Assembly: GCF_018350175.1 (NCBI RefSeq)
Contig: NC_058368.1
Coordinates: 235,788,001-235,852,000, forward strand
Reading direction: 5' to 3'
DNA: 64,000 bases
Source of the DNA: Felis catus
Taxonomy: Eukaryota
The notes beneath the pieces are model-generated. The model was given only the letters and a program-made list of their open reading frames with translations, had not been told where the DNA came from and searched no databases. Position numbers and translations under genes: made by a program. Shown in pieces: positions 48,085-61,750 of the stretch (position 1 is the first letter of the stretch; every line of letters starts with the position of its first letter).

Positions 48085-49030
48085 AGAAGGTTGGTATCTT
48101 AAATATATTTTAGATTTCCATGTTTCAGTGTTTCCAATGTTTCAATGATGAAGCACTTAAAGACATTTTTTCAGGTGTGTGTGCCTGTGTGTATCCCTCA
48201 AAAAACTCAACAGGGAAGAGGTTCTTCAACTCAAACATGAGATTAAGTAAAACACACACAAATGCAACCATCGATGAAGTGGCAATCTTGCCTGGAGTTA
48301 GGAAAAAAAGACGTGACAAGAAAAGAGGAGAAAAGTTAGGTCTCTAGGCTAATATTATGGAGATAACACCAAACACAGGATTCACCCGCTGGGTCACTTG
48401 TAAGCCAGCTTCAGACCAGCAAAGACACTGGAACCAGAAAACCCCAAATGCAACTGGGCATAGTCCAATGGTTAATGTGTTTTGTGAGAACAAAAAATAC
48501 TCTGAACAGATTGTAAAATTTTTAGTGGGAGAAAAAGTCAAAGTGAACATCTTTCCTGGCACAGCAGAATTATACTGCTTAAAAATGCAGGTTTCTACAC
48601 AGAGGTGTGAAATTCATAGGTGAGTGCCACAGTGTTCTACAAAAAGACGGTGGGTAAACTTCGCTAATTGCTTCTGAGATGAGAGGACATTGCTGATGGA
48701 TGTGCTCTGCAGATATTTCGAAGTGTGTTTAATGCTACCTTTTACAGTGAAATTTTAGTGAGCAAGGCAGCGGCTAATTTTAAAAAGAAGCTTTTCCAAT
48801 GAAGATGTAAAAATCCTGAAACAAAAGATATTATGTTAATTTCCATTATTGTGTAATTTTGCTATAATAGATACTGTTAACGTGCCACCTTGAAAAACTC
48901 ATATAAGCAAATAATTCACTCTGAAAAAAAAATCAAGTCTGTTTCAAAATCTTTCAAATGACCTTTGCACCATTGGGAACCTTCTGGTAATACGAAATTT
49001 TATAAGTTTTCTGATTCTCTTCTGTGGTTG

Positions 49031-49597
49031 TTTTTTTTTTTTTTTTATTTTTACTTTGGTTGGTTAACATATAGTATAATACTGGTTTCAGGAGTAGAAT
49101 TCAGTGATTCATCACTTACATGCAACACCCACGGCCCATCCTAACAAGAGCCCTCCTTAGTACCCATCACCCATCTAGCCCACCCTTCACCCACACGCCT
49201 CCATTGACCCTCAGTTTGTTCTCTGTATTTAAGAGTCTTTTATGGTTTGTTTCCTTCTCTCTCTCTCTCCCCCATCTTCCCATATGTTCATCAGATTCCA
49301 CATATGAGTGCAATCATATGGTATTTTGGTTTCTGTGACTGACTTATTTTGTTTAGCATAATACATTTTAGCTCCCTCCACATCATTGTAAAAAGCAAGA
49401 TTTCATTCTTTTTGATGTCTGAGTAATATTCCATTATATATATATATATATATATATATATAATGTACTGATGATATATATGTGTATATTATACATATAC
49501 ATATGTACATATATATATACATATATACACATATATATGTATACACATATATACATATGTATATATGTGTATATATATATACGTATATATGTATATA

Positions 49598-49630
<33 letters not shown>

Positions 49631-49680
49631 GTATGTATATATGTTATCTTTATCCATTCCTCAGTCGGTGGACATTTGGA
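49031..49680 (-). mobile_element. Carnivore L1 3' end with internal (TA)n/(TG)n expansion (49436-49640)
   Basis: Poly-T, GTTTCAGGAGTAGAATTCAGTGATTCATCACTTACA..., GTAATATTCCATT...TTTATCCATTC...GGACATTTGG. Confidence 0.9.
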
Positions 49681-50739
49681 TTTTTTATTTCTTTTTACTA
49701 ATAATTTAATGACCTCAGAAAATGAGAAAAACTACTGGCCAAATTCAACAAAAAAACAACAAAATTAGTAAATGGGATTGAACACATTTGTTTTTGCTTG
49801 TGTTTAGCAAATGTAGCCATTAACAAGCCTTTTTCATGTAAACCTAACCTTCACCAGCTAACTACAAGGAGACCTTGCAATCTAAGATCCAAACGAAGTG
49901 ATCCTGGAAACCAACTTTCAAGTCATTCGGTACCAAGATACGAAGCCAGGAGTCTAAAAAACTAATTCAGTGCTATTGTTCACCTGAAAATGTGATCAGC
50001 ATATAGTATGTATTTTAGAGGGAATAAAATTATTTCTACCGCTGGCAAAAAAAAAAAAAAATGAAAATACATCACTTGTTTCACTTTAATCAAATGCATG
50101 GGATGCAAATGTGTTTACAATACTACATGTTTATACCGGAGATCACCTTTATATATAAGAAAAGATCTAGATCCGTCAATGTGAATTTTATTAATTCCTC
50201 TAGGTATGAACCTGGTTAGTTAAGCCCTATGTTTTTACAATTTCGGTGTATATAGAGTGCATCTGTGCAATCACAGTACATTTGTACTGACACTTAAGTC
50301 TTATACGTTTCTCCTCCGTCAAAATATTATAAGACAGAGATCCCTGGCTTAATTGATACAGTGTTTGAATTTTCACTTTGCGATTCCAGATAATATGCGT
50401 CATAAAACAGTGCTTTTATTTCTTGCAGAGCTTGAAACTTCTCGTCTCCTCTTTGTTGTTGAGAAATCAATCTCTCTCTCTCTCTTCTTGCCCCACTTTC
50501 CCTCAATATGAAGCACAGCTGCGTCACTAGGAAACATCATTTTAGCCCAAACGGATCGTAACAATGATTTCAAAGTAGAAGAAGGTGGTTATAGGAGAAA
50601 GAGTTTGAAACGGCTGTGTTCCAGAGCTTTGTCATCTTCACAGATTGTCGTTCCCATAGGGCATGGATCCTAGTCCTTCATCATCCTCCTGGGACCTCAA
50701 TGTCCTCTGCTGGAAATTGAACCTGCTTGAAAGCAAGGG

Positions 50740-50820
50740 AAATAATGCATATAAAGCACCTAGAGCACAGTGTCCACCACACAGGGCATGCGTGATGGAC
50801 ATTAGCTTGTATTACTTGTA
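50740..50820 (+). repeat. MIR 3' fragment
   Basis: ATAATGCATATAAAGCACCTAGAGCACAGTGTCC...TTATTA. Confidence 0.6.
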
Positions 50821-50885
50821 TCCTTTCAAATGATATGCAAAATAGTCTTCTGTGTAATGTAGTTCAAGTTTCTATAACTAAGGAG

Positions 50886-50887
<2 letters not shown>

Positions 50888-50922
<35 letters not shown>

Positions 50923-51111
50923 CTCATGCACACACACGTGGGTGCATGTATGGGCAATGTGATTGTGTGTGTGTGCACACGTGGGTGCATGCATGGGCGT
51001 TGTGTGTGCATGTGTGTGTGCATGTGCATGCATGTAGTTGCATGCAGGGGAACTGTGTGTGTGTGTGTGTGTGTGCACATAGGTGCACGTGTGGGCATTG
51101 TGTGTGTGTGT
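50888..51111. repeat. Compound (TG)n/(TGCA)n alternating purine-pyrimidine repeat
   Basis: Directly visible. Confidence 0.95.
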
Positions 51112-51133
51112 CACTATGAAAAGTGCCTTTCTT

Positions 51134-51275
51134 GAATTCTCACAACAAACAGCTGAGTGGGGTTATTCTGTCCATCTTATAGATGCGTCAACTGAGGTAC
51201 AGAGAGAAGTAAGTCGGGTAACCCAGGCGAGGCCCCAGACCTGGAAGGAAGCCTGGGATGTAAGCCCAGCTCTTT
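51134..51275 (-). repeat. MIR fragment
   Basis: ATTCTCACAACAAAC...CCATCTTATAGATGCGTCAACTGAGGTACAGAGAG. Confidence 0.7.
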
Positions 51276-51694
51276 AGCCGAGAGCTGGGTGTCAGCACTC
51301 ACTTATCCTCCAGCCCACAGGCCACCGGCTTCCGGGAAAGGTGGGGAGAACACTGGCCGGCCTGAGCTGGGGCACCTGTTCTCACACTCCTGAAAATACC
51401 TTATAAACTGCGGATGAAAGCGTCTGTGTCCTCATCATTTTCTGAAATCCCGCTTCCTCTACGGAAAGTGACAGGCACGTCAGAGCCGGCTGGACACATG
51501 CCTCAGACTAGTCAGCCTTTCCTCCTCAGCTTGATGTTCTCCTGTTATGCGGATCCTAGCAGTGAAACAGTAATAAATCTACACATAAACATCCAACAAT
51601 CACAAAGTAATAAATGCATCTTTGATGAAGAGGTAACTTTTTTCACTTGGTTTCTTCACTGACTTCGGTACTATTTTAGTGGGACTGTATTTCT

Positions 51695-51915
51695 TTCTTT
51701 CTTTTTTCTTTCTTTCTTTTTTTTTTTTTTTAGAGAGTGAGAGCATGTGTGAGTTGACAAGGGGGAAGGGCAGAAGAAAAAATTGAGACAATCTTAGGCA
51801 GGCTCTATGCTCAGCGTGGAGCCCAAAGCGGGGCTTGATCCCATGACCCTGGGGTCACGACCTGAGTCAAAATCAAGAGTCGGACACTCAACCAACTGAG
51901 CCGCCCAGGTGCCCC
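51695..51915 (-). mobile_element. CanSINE
   Basis: Imperfect TSD AGTGGGACTGTATTTCT / AGTGGGTCCGGATTTCT. Confidence 0.93.
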
Positions 51916-52779
51916 AGTGGGTCCGGATTTCTAAATAATCTTCTCATGTAAACGTAGAAACAATTCAGTATAAAGGTTGAAGATGAAGTTAGAACAGATT
52001 TAAGCTGACTACATGGTTTATCCTTTTAGCATTTTGAGGGATTCCTTCAAGGTTTTTTTTTTTTCCTACCTATATTTGTATACATCCTGAGATTTTATCG
52101 CATGCAATTTGTTCCCATTATTCTTACTTTGAAATTGTAATGCGATTATCTTGCATTTTATCTGTGGTTTTAATTGCACGGGTTCAACATAAGTCAGTCT
52201 CTTTATGTCCACTACTGAGAGTATATACACTGCCCAATTTAAATAATGATGCTGTAGACATTATTGTGCCTATCAATCTGCTCAGCTGGTGTATTTCTGA
52301 TTATTTCTGAGAGCCACACACAGAAGAAAAGAAGGCTATGACAACTTCAAACAACCTGAGCCAGTGAGACTGTGTTTGATGCATGTGAATGAATCACTCT
52401 CCACCTGTATGTTGTCACCTTCCCCAGATCCTGCTCTCATTTAAATCTTTCCTAACTTTGATAGGAATTCAGATACTGTGTCATTGATTTGGTTTCATTT
52501 GATTTGAGATCAGAGGCTAACACAGCTCGGACCAGCCAATATTTAGAGGATTTAGTTTTAAAGCAAACGTTTAGGCAAAACATTAAAAACAGACCCCGAT
52601 CTCCTCTCTACCACCCACGCCTGCTGAACAGCTGAATTCCTGGGGCGGGGTGGGGGGGGCTGTCACCATTGCCCCTTTGCAGATCACAGAATGTTCACTG
52701 CCAACCGCCTTCCTCCTGACCCCCACAAGGGATCTTTCCCTGTGCCAGCTCCTGCCTAACTTGAATCTCTGTTCCCCCA

Positions 52780-54200
52780 GGAGCGAGTTTTAGTTTCATT
52801 GAGCTTCTCCATTGTTTTTGTTATCAATTGTGGTGATTCTTGCATTGATCTTTATTTTTCCACTACTTGAGTTTGCTTTGGGTTTAATTTGCTCTTCGTT
52901 TTCTGCTTTCTAAGATAAACGCATCCATTATTGATTGGAAATAGTTCTTGTTTTTGAAGTAAGAATTTCAACGCTATAAATTTTCCTTTCAATACTGCTT
53001 TAGCTGTGTGCCACACATTTTGATATGCGCCTGTTTTCTTTTTTACATTGCCATTCAATCAAAAATATTCTCTACTTTTTCTTTTGTTTGCTTCTTCGAC
53101 CCATGGGATAGAGAGAAGTGTGGCTTATTTAAATTTCCAAGGCTTTGGGGATTTTACATATGTCATTCTGTCATTTATTCCAAATTTAATTTCATTGTGA
53201 TTAGAGTTACTTTGTTTCATTTCAGTTCTTTTCAGTTTGCTGAGAGTAGTCTGCCGTGATGAGCGTTCCCCACACACTTGAGAAGAATGTTATCTTTTGT
53301 TGGGGCGCCTGGGTGGCGCAGTTGGTTAAGCGTCCGACTTCAGCCAGGTCACGATCTCGCGGTCCGTGAGTTCGAGCACCGCGTCAGGCTCTGGGCTGAT
53401 GGCTCAGAGCCTGGAGCCTGTTTCCAATTCTGTGTCTCCCTCTCTCTCTGCCCCTCCCCCGTTCATGCTCTGTCTCTCTCTGTCCCAAAAATAAATAAAC
53501 GTTGAAAAAAAATTAAAAAAAAAAAGAATGTGTCTTTTGTTATTATGAGTGGAGTGTTTCCTGTAAATATCAACCTGGTCAAGTTGGTTGATTGGATTTT
53601 GTGTGTCTTCTGGATCCTCACTGCCCACTTACATGTCCAATTTCCTGTCCACATGAGATGTAATCAGGCAGGACTTTGAAGTCTACACTCATAATTGTAA
53701 TTGGAGTCTACAAGTATAATTATAATTATAAAAGAAGTTTTCTACCTTTTCCAGGTTGATCCATTTTTCTTTTATCATTTTGAAGCTCTGATATGCCTAC
53801 ACGTTTAGGATGGCCCTGCTATCTTTACCCATATAATATTTTACAATCATAAATGCCTTCCTCTCTCCACAGCAATGCTCCCTGTTTAGAGGTCCGCTTT
53901 GTGTGATACAGTAGGCACTCCAGCATTATATCCTAGGGTTTGTGTGGCATATACTGTCGCATCTCCTTTAAGCTACCTTTTTTTTTCCCACTTTTATTGA
54001 CAGTGGGTTTCTTTTTTACCCCAATCTCTGACTTTCATTTGTCATTTGGATCATTTCCTTTTAGCGTGCTTAAAATTGAAGTATTCAATGTTGCCATTTG
54101 TTTGTTATCAGTTCTTTGCTTTTCTTCTTCCCGCCCCGCCTTTTTGTTGGAACAATTGAGTGGTTTCATTTTAATCTCCACTCCTAGCTTATCAGTCATA
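52780..54200 (-). mobile_element. Old L1M ORF2 N-terminal (endonuclease-adjacent) relic, interrupted by a SINE
   Basis: Peptides YQNVWHTAKAVLKGKFIAL and INQLDQVDIYR match L1 ORF2 motifs; frames broken. Confidence 0.8.
53302..53523 (+). mobile_element. Young SINEC_Fc-type SINE
   Basis: Full head and poly-A; imperfect TSD AAGAATGTTATCTTTTGTT / AAGAATGTGTCTTTTGTT. Confidence 0.97.
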
Positions 54201-55418
54201 CCTCCAATGGGGTGCTGTCCCTCTCGTCTTGGTGCTGGGCCTCTCTACTTGCACGAACTCCTATCTAACCCCCCAACTGTCCTGTCTTCATAGCTATATT
54301 CTGGGGCTCATTTTGTCATCTCTCGAGAAATAGGTTTTGCGTTCACCTCCGAGTAGGTAGCAGGCTTCCACAGGTGCACCCCTAGCTTCCTTGGGTGGGA
54401 AGCGACAGCAACACTCTGCCGACACACGATTTAGTCAGCCAGAATCAGGGACTTGGAATGAAAAAAAAAAGAGTTAAGTCTAAAGAGAGAGCACTCCTGT
54501 GAATCAAATTTGTACTTGACCCTTGGCTTCGTATTATGAAAAATTGGGGCCAAACATGGAAATCCTTCCAAGGTAAGGATCTTAAATTTCCGCCCAATGT
54601 AGATGGCAGCCACATTTGCAGTGAGCATAGCTTAGCATGGAAAGGTGTCCCATCACTGTGTTGTGCACCTAAACCTAATGTAACATTTATTTTTGTCAAC
54701 TGTACTTCAGTTAAAAATAGAAGTTTAATGCAAAATCTCAGTTCAACTCATTTTTCTTTGGTCAAGAATATGCCAGACAATTCTACATTTACTGGATGTA
54801 TCTTCAAAGTCAGAGTCATTTAAAGATTTTTTTGCAGTGATTGTTTGTTGGTTGACTGTTTTTGTTTTTATTTTGTCTTAAGCTAAAGCATGAGTTTCAG
54901 CCACCAGAACCACGTTTTGTCCTTTTACAAACACGGACCTTTTTTCCAGGTCCGGGTTTAGATTCTGTCAATCTCATTCTCAAGTGTTAATTCTCAGACT
55001 TGTGTTTGAGCTATGTGGCAGTCGGCTAACGTGGAGACCCACATATGCACTTAATGTTCTTTAAAAATGAGAATTCATCTTTGAGCATATTCTGCCAAAT
55101 GTTGAATTTTTATTCCTTCAATTTGCTGATATGTATAATCGTTTAATTTTCTTTGACAGTGTTTCAGGCCATAAAAATATGTCAGAAGCCCATGATTCTG
55201 GGTCCTGGTTCCTGAATGATAAGGTGCAGGACATCCAAATGTCACTTATGTTTCATATGGAAATGATTCTTTCTTACCCTTCCAACCTCTAAAACAATTA
55301 ATGAAATAAACACATAAAATAAGTGTATCTCAAACTTCAAATTGTTCCTAGTGACCTCAGTTGATACAGAAGAATTGTTAAAAATAAGATTTGCATCCTA
55401 TTTTAAAATGATAAATAT

Positions 55419-55778
55419 TGTATGCGTCTCCGCTTGGTCTGCTAGAGCCAAATACTATAAGCCAAAGGTCTTACCCACAATTTTGTTTTCTCCCAGTACT
55501 GGAGGCTGGAAATCGAAGACGAAGGGGCTGACTGATTTGGTGCCTGGGAAGCGCTCTCTTCCTGGCTTGTAGACGGCTGCCATCTTGCTGTGTCCTCATG
55601 TTGTGATTTCTTGTTTGTACTTGTGTGGAGAGACAGAACTCTATTGTCCTCTTCTTAGGAAGACACTAATCCAAGTACAGGGATTAGTACCCATTACCCC
55701 ATGTAAGTCTAAGTCTAAGTCTAAGTCAAAGAGCATCACTTTTGGGGGTGGGGCTTCCACATCCAGCCTATCACAACA
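55419..55778 (-). mobile_element. MaLR (MLT1A-like) solo LTR
   Basis: CTGGAGGCTGGAAATCGAAGA...CTCTCTTCCTGGCTTGTAGACGGCTGCCATCTTGCTGTGTCCTCA...GACACTAATCC. Confidence 0.85.
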
Positions 55779-56029
55779 GTAGGCGCCCCTCCTTCTGGGG
55801 AACTTGAAAGAGTGGGCTTCAAAATAAAATACAGTGTGAAAAATTATTCCTTAAGCAAAATGACTTAGTGCCAGTTTCTTTGCTATGTTACCGTTTCAGA
55901 AACAGAAAAGGATAAAGACTGAGACTAGAAACAAAATCTAACAAAAATATATCTCCAAGTACAAGTGAAACTATGTGAGAAGAGTTGCAGTTAAAAAAGA
56001 TATTGTTACTATCATAAAGAAAGGTTTCT

Positions 56030-56243
56030 GGGGCACCTGGGTGGCTCGGTTGGTTAAGCATTGGACTTCGGCTCAGGTCGTGATCTCTCGGTTCGTGAGT
56101 TTGAGCCCCGTGTCGGGCTCTGTGCTGACAGCTCAGGGCCGGAAGCCTGCTTCGGATTCTGTGTCTCCCTCTCTCTGCCCCTCCCCTGCTCGCGCTCTGC
56201 CTCTCTCTCTGTCTCTCAAATGTGAATAAACATTAAAAAAATA
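56030..56243 (+). mobile_element. CanSINE
   Basis: TSD AAAGAAAGGTTTC at 56016-56028 and 56244-56256. Confidence 0.96.
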
Positions 56244-56574
56244 AAAGAAAGGTTTCCACTAATAATGTTACAGTCACATTGAAAGCACTAAACATTCAAT
56301 GTGGCAGAGTGATCATTCGTAGTTGATGATATAGTGTCTAAAACAGTTAAAGTATTAGAAATCTTTGTTTTATATAATATGCAATTGCTATCCCAAAGTA
56401 AAATCTGTGTACACCAAGGCGAAGATAGGACTTCAGCCATGAGAGAATTTTAGTTCAGTTCTATCAGTCCTTGGTGGACAATAAATGCAAAAGCTTAAAA
56501 GCCTATGTAATTAATAAAGTGGAAAAAGTAAATGTAAGGACAATGCAAAGAGAAATACAGAGGAAGGTATACTC

Positions 56575-56685
56575 TGCAGGCAGACTGCCTGGGTTCATAT
56601 TTGACTCTGATGGAATCTTCAGCAAAATACTTCCGAACACCATGCTTCAGTTTACTCATCTATAAAATGGGTTTTGTTATCATTG
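56575..56685 (+). repeat. MIR fragment
   Basis: CAGACTGCCTGGGTTCA...CTTCAGTTTACTCATCTATAAAATGGG. Confidence 0.65.
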
Positions 56686-56825
56686 ATAAGGCTGGCATTA
56701 TACGCTGATGGGAGAAAATACAGATTACTCAGTAAATGTTCTGCTTGGACAGCACTTAAACAATGAAGCAGGATCTCTACCCCATATTCTTTGCCAAAAC
56801 AAAGTAGAAATATATGCCCATTTTT

Positions 56826-57037
56826 GGGGCACCTGGGTAGCTCAGTTGGTTAACCGTCTGACTTCAGCTCAGGTCATGATCTCACAGTCCGTGAGTTCGA
56901 GCCCCACGTCAGGCTGAAAGCTTGTAGCCTGGAGCTGCTTCGGATTCTGTGTCTCCGTCTCTCTCTGCTCCTCCCCTGCTCATACTCTGTCTCTCTCCGT
57001 CTCAGAAATAAATAAAAACATTAAAAAAATTTAAAAA
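56826..57037 (+). mobile_element. CanSINE
   Basis: TSD AGAAATATATGCC(C/T)ATTTT at 56806-56824 and 57038-57056. Confidence 0.96.
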
Positions 57038-57185
57038 AGAAATATATGCCTATTTTGAAAATAATCTGAAACAATAAGAATGCTGGAAAAAATAGATTAG
57101 TTTTTATCCTCTCAAAATAAGAAAGCCATTTATAGTTGTGAAACAAAACTCAGAAGCCAGAAAAGATAAGAACTAATTGATTTTT

Positions 57186-57404
57186 GGAGACCTGGATGGC
57201 TCAGTCGGTTAAGCGGCCGACTTCGGCTCAGGTCATGATCTCACGGTCTGTGAGTTTGAGCCCCGCGTCGGGCTCTGTGCTGACAGCTCAGAGCCTTGAG
57301 CCTGTTTCAGATTCTGTGTCTCCCTCTCTCTCTGACCCTCCGCCATTCATGCTCTGTCTCTCTCTGTCTCAAAAATAAATAAATGTTTAAAAAAAATTTT
57401 AAAA
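57186..57404 (+). mobile_element. CanSINE
   Basis: TSD AAGAACTAATTGATTT at 57168-57183 and 57405-57420. Confidence 0.96.
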
Positions 57405-57996
57405 AAGAACTAATTGATTTCTCCCATCTTAAATAAAATTTGTATTGTTAAAAAACACCCTAAAACAAAGTCAAAGTCAAATGACAAATGAAGGAAAATA
57501 CTCATAACTAATATCAAAGGTCTCATATATAAGAAATTTCTATACATCAGTAGAATAAAGATGAACACAATGGACAGCTTTAAAAAAGGAAGCAAAAATT
57601 TTAATAGGTGAAACAATAGTCGGATTATCACTAAAGACAAATGGGAGTTGAAGTTAAAATAAAATATTTTTCCTCTTGCAATCAGATTGGTAAAGATTTA
57701 AGTTTGAAAGTACATTTTCTTGGTGACCATGGAGAAGAAGGCAGCCTTTCGTATTTATTTGACCTATCAACTGATGCAGTTTATGGAAGGTGATGAGTCA
57801 GTACGTCTCAAAATTTAAAACGCACACGCTCTTTTACCCAGCGTGGCCATGTCCAGGACTCTACCTTGGAAACATTCTCGTACTGGAGACGGGTGACCAC
57901 TGTGGAGGGAAGTCCTGGGGGGTGCCAGGTGGTGGGTGGTGGGAGGTTGGGTCTTAACTGCCCACTCTTCACAGCCATTTGATTTTTTTTCATTTA

Positions 57997-58220
57997 GTTT
58001 TTTAATGTTTATTTATTTTTGAGAGAGGGAGAGAGAGTGAGAGACAGACAGAGCACGAACAGGGGAGGGGAAGAGAGAGAGGGAGACACGGAATCTGAAG
58101 CAGGTTCCAGGCTCTGAGTTGTCAGCACAGAGCCCGATGCAGGGCTCGAACCCACGAACTGAGAGATCATGACCTCAGCGGAGGTCGGACGCTTAAATGA
58201 CTGAGCCACCCAGGCGCCCC
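57997..58220 (-). mobile_element. CanSINE
   Basis: Tail, GA tract, head ending CCAGGCGCCCC. Confidence 0.95.
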
Positions 58221-60352
58221 ATAGAGTTATTTGATTCTTGAAAATTGTTCATATATTACCGAGTCAAAGGAAAACACTGGTTTGAAAAAGAAAAGAAGCA
58301 AACGATCCCCCAGCTGTTTCTACAAACCTGGTTATGAGCTCCTACGCAGAAGTCACTTGGACGTGTACCCGGGAAAGGGCAGACAAAACGAACGCACATT
58401 CGTTCAGGCGCAGGTGGTGGAAGAGGCAGGGCCGTAGTTGGGACTTGTGGTTGGTGAGCAACAGATACTTTCCTGAGCCCGTTATGTACTGAGTTGAGAC
58501 CTCCTGGAGAACTCCAGCATCAGCGGGAAGGAAGGACAGAGGAGGCCCGGGGGCACAGCCGTTGGAGTAGAAGTCAGAAGGACCCACTAGCTGAGTGCTT
58601 GCCTAAACGGCCCTCCTGAGACGTGGAGACGCCAAGTGATTTCTTGGACGGGTGGGTGGCTGGAGAGCTCAGAGCTCCTCCATCCCTCCCACGGTCCGCC
58701 TGTTTTCTTTCACTGCCTCTTTCCCTTTGGCCGATTTCTATCCGGATTCTGAACGCCATGAGAGCAAAGCCAGGCGGTCTTGTCACCGCACCTACTCTCC
58801 CCATTCGTTGGGAGAATTCTTCTCAAGTTAGCTGAACTTGGGCAGAGCTGGGCGGGGCTCCCCTGAGGGAGGCTGCTGTATTAACTCTAAAGCCAACAGC
58901 AATGTGGGTAGGAGGACAGCTTTGCGCACAGGACTCTCCATTGTGTTGTCGTCACGTCCTGGCCACAGCAAGAGCCCGGCTTTCCCCAGCACGGTCTCCG
59001 TGGAATTGTTCCTACGCCCCAGCCTCACCCCACCAAGCACAGTGTGCAAGGATTTTTTGATGTCCCGTGCATAAATGTAAACTCTGCTCTGAGACCTTTT
59101 AAATGAACCATGTGGGGATAACTGGATGAAAATCAGACACATTTAGGTTGTTTTGGGTGGAAAAATTGTTTTTTTTTTTTTCCCTAGGTATCTGATGCTG
59201 CCATTGGAAACATGTCTCACATCTGACTGATTCATCAAAGCTCTCCACGCAGCATCCTAGGTCTTCTAGGTCTGGGCCAGAACTGCTCTCTCCCTTTGCA
59301 CCAGGAGAGCTTAATTTTCCTCTTCCTTCCCCTCTCTGGGGACCGTGGGAGCTTTATCATCTTGCTATGACACCAAGGTTCCTCCCCAAACACTCGCTCC
59401 CGTGGGGACTGGAATCGAGGGTAAGAGCGACAGTAGTCAGAGTGATTTTGGTTGCAGGTCAGAAAAGTGACTTAGACCGTGACTTGTGTCAGCATGTAGA
59501 CGATCCGGAGGCAGCGGTGATTATTCTCGCTCCCTTCCCCCCGGGCCGTCTGTCTTTGGGTTGCTGATGCCCAAGCAGGAACTTCACACTTGGAGGCCAA
59601 GGTGGATCCCAGGACCGCAGGCTTACCTTTCATCCTCCTGGCCACCCCACGCGGAAAAGGACACCCCTTTCCCTGAACAAAAGTCCACGGACCCAACGTT
59701 CTCATCTGTGCCCCATCTGGTCCCATCTGGCAGAGTCACTGCGACCAGGTGAGGGAAGATGCCATTGGTTAAGACTCAGCCTTCCTCCTCCCCGGAGATG
59801 TTGGCTGGCGTAACCCTCCCAGGGACGCAGAGGGGGACAGTGTGGTTCCCAAAGGAACACTAGGCAAAACAATGGAACCAAACCCCCAGACCCAGCAGCA
59901 GATCGCTTCTGCTGTCCAGCCTGCGGCCGACCTCTCTTAGCTGCCTATGTTTCCCTCACAGGCGGGTCCTCTTTGTTCGGATCCTGGCCACACGGTAGTG
60001 ACATAAAATGATACACAGCATAAAACCAGTTGCCCTCACAACACTGAACGACCGTTTCGGAATCTCACACCGAACGTTGCACCTTTACTGGCACAAGCAG
60101 ACTAGAGCACGGGTGGATTTTTAAAACACCCTTTTCATGACCAAACCAGCAAATCTAGGTGTTCGGTTTTTGATAGGTTTTGATTTCTTCAGTAGATGAG
60201 TAAATGCAAAATATCTCCAATGGTGAGAAATCCCTGAAGGTTGTTGTGCTAACTTGAAAAGTACCGATGGATGATGCCATTTAAGGTAACCCCTAAGTTT
60301 CACACGTAATGTGCACCCATCAGTGTATTCTTTACAGTTAAACAAGATGGAT

Positions 60353-60578
60353 GGGGCGCCCGGGTGGCTCAGTCGGTTGAGCGTCCGACTTCGACTCAGG
60401 TCACGATCTCGCGGTTTGTGGTGGGTTCAAGCCCCGCATCGGGTTCTGTGCTGACAGCTCAGAGCCTGGATCCGGCTTCGGATTCTGTGCCTCTCTCTCT
60501 CTCTCACTCTCTCTGCCCCTCCCCTGCTCACGCTCTTTCTCTCCAAAATAAATAAAATTTAAAAAAAAAAACAAAAAC
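60353..60578 (+). mobile_element. CanSINE
   Basis: Full head; TSD CAAGATGGA at 60343-60351 and 60579-60587. Confidence 0.95.
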
Positions 60579-60599
60579 CAAGATGGAATAATAATAGAT

Positions 60600-61750
60600 G
60601 AAAACAGGCCAAGCGACTATTTCATTCGATTAAACCGCGATTATAAGTTGGCCATCACCGATTTTCCTCTTCCTCCACGTTCATTTACAAGGACAGATCA
60701 GTGCCTTTCCCCCAACACAAAATGGCCAGTAATGTTATGTGAGACAATCTGTAGCAGGGAAAGGAAAAAAAAAAAAAAAAAAAAAACAACCCGATAAGTC
60801 GGGGCATTAAAGTTACGGGGCGGGGAGATCTACACAAACCACTTAAGCACACTCATTATTATGGCTATTGCCCCCTCAGGCCACTGGAGACTTGATAATT
60901 TAGTCAGTTATGCAGTTTGAAGTGTTTCATGTTCTGCATGGGAGCCGGCTGCAATTCAAATATCAGTGGCCATGAAATATATGCACATACGTTTAGTAGG
61001 AAAATCTCCAAGGGGACAACAGAGGAGATGGGCATATGTCGTCGCGGTGTGATGGAGAGTTTCCCTGAATTAATCATCTGGACATAGTTTATCACCATTT
61101 TTCATTTTGCCAGAAACACCCCCCCTTCATTTGTCGGGGAGGCTTATTATACATGCACATCCTGGAAAGATAATAAGACCCAGGCCTCTGATGTTGAAAT
61201 GCAACCAGGGTTTGTGGGCTCTGTTGGGGCCCTGACAGCTTTCCCACCGACGGAGCTTTCTGAGAGCAAGGGTAATCGCTTACTTCATCTAGTTTAGGGA
61301 ATTGTGTCCCTTTCTCCCCGCTACGTTATTACATCAATTACTGCAAACCATCGTCTTGTATAATTTATGGAGAAGACTCCCGTTTCATTGAGATCGTCTC
61401 TGAAATGGAAGACGTCCTTTGTTCACATGCTTCTAAATATTAGAATTTTTGTCACATGTTCCCGGAACTGGGGGCGTTTTCGTTTTCTGTGCGGATTCAA
61501 ACATCTGGCTAGACGTGTAACCTGTGCGATTTGTTTGTTTAATTCGAGGGTTGGAGTGGGGGTTGTTTTGCCTCCCAGATAAGAGATTTTCTGAGTGAAA
61601 TGCCTAATCTGTAAAGTGCAGTTAACATAAATGGCAATTTTTAGAAATGAATTCCTAATGCCTTTAAAGCCGAGGTTGAATGTGGCTGTCAGAATCCTGG
61701 CCCGCAGTTATGCCATTTGGTGGTTGTTTTGCTTTAGAAGCCCTGAAATG
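60600..61750. promoter_or_regulatory. Possible conserved non-coding element / enhancer
   Basis: Apparently free of interspersed repeats, complex sequence rich in TAAT/ATTA/TTTAT motifs; conservation not testable here. Confidence 0.3.
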
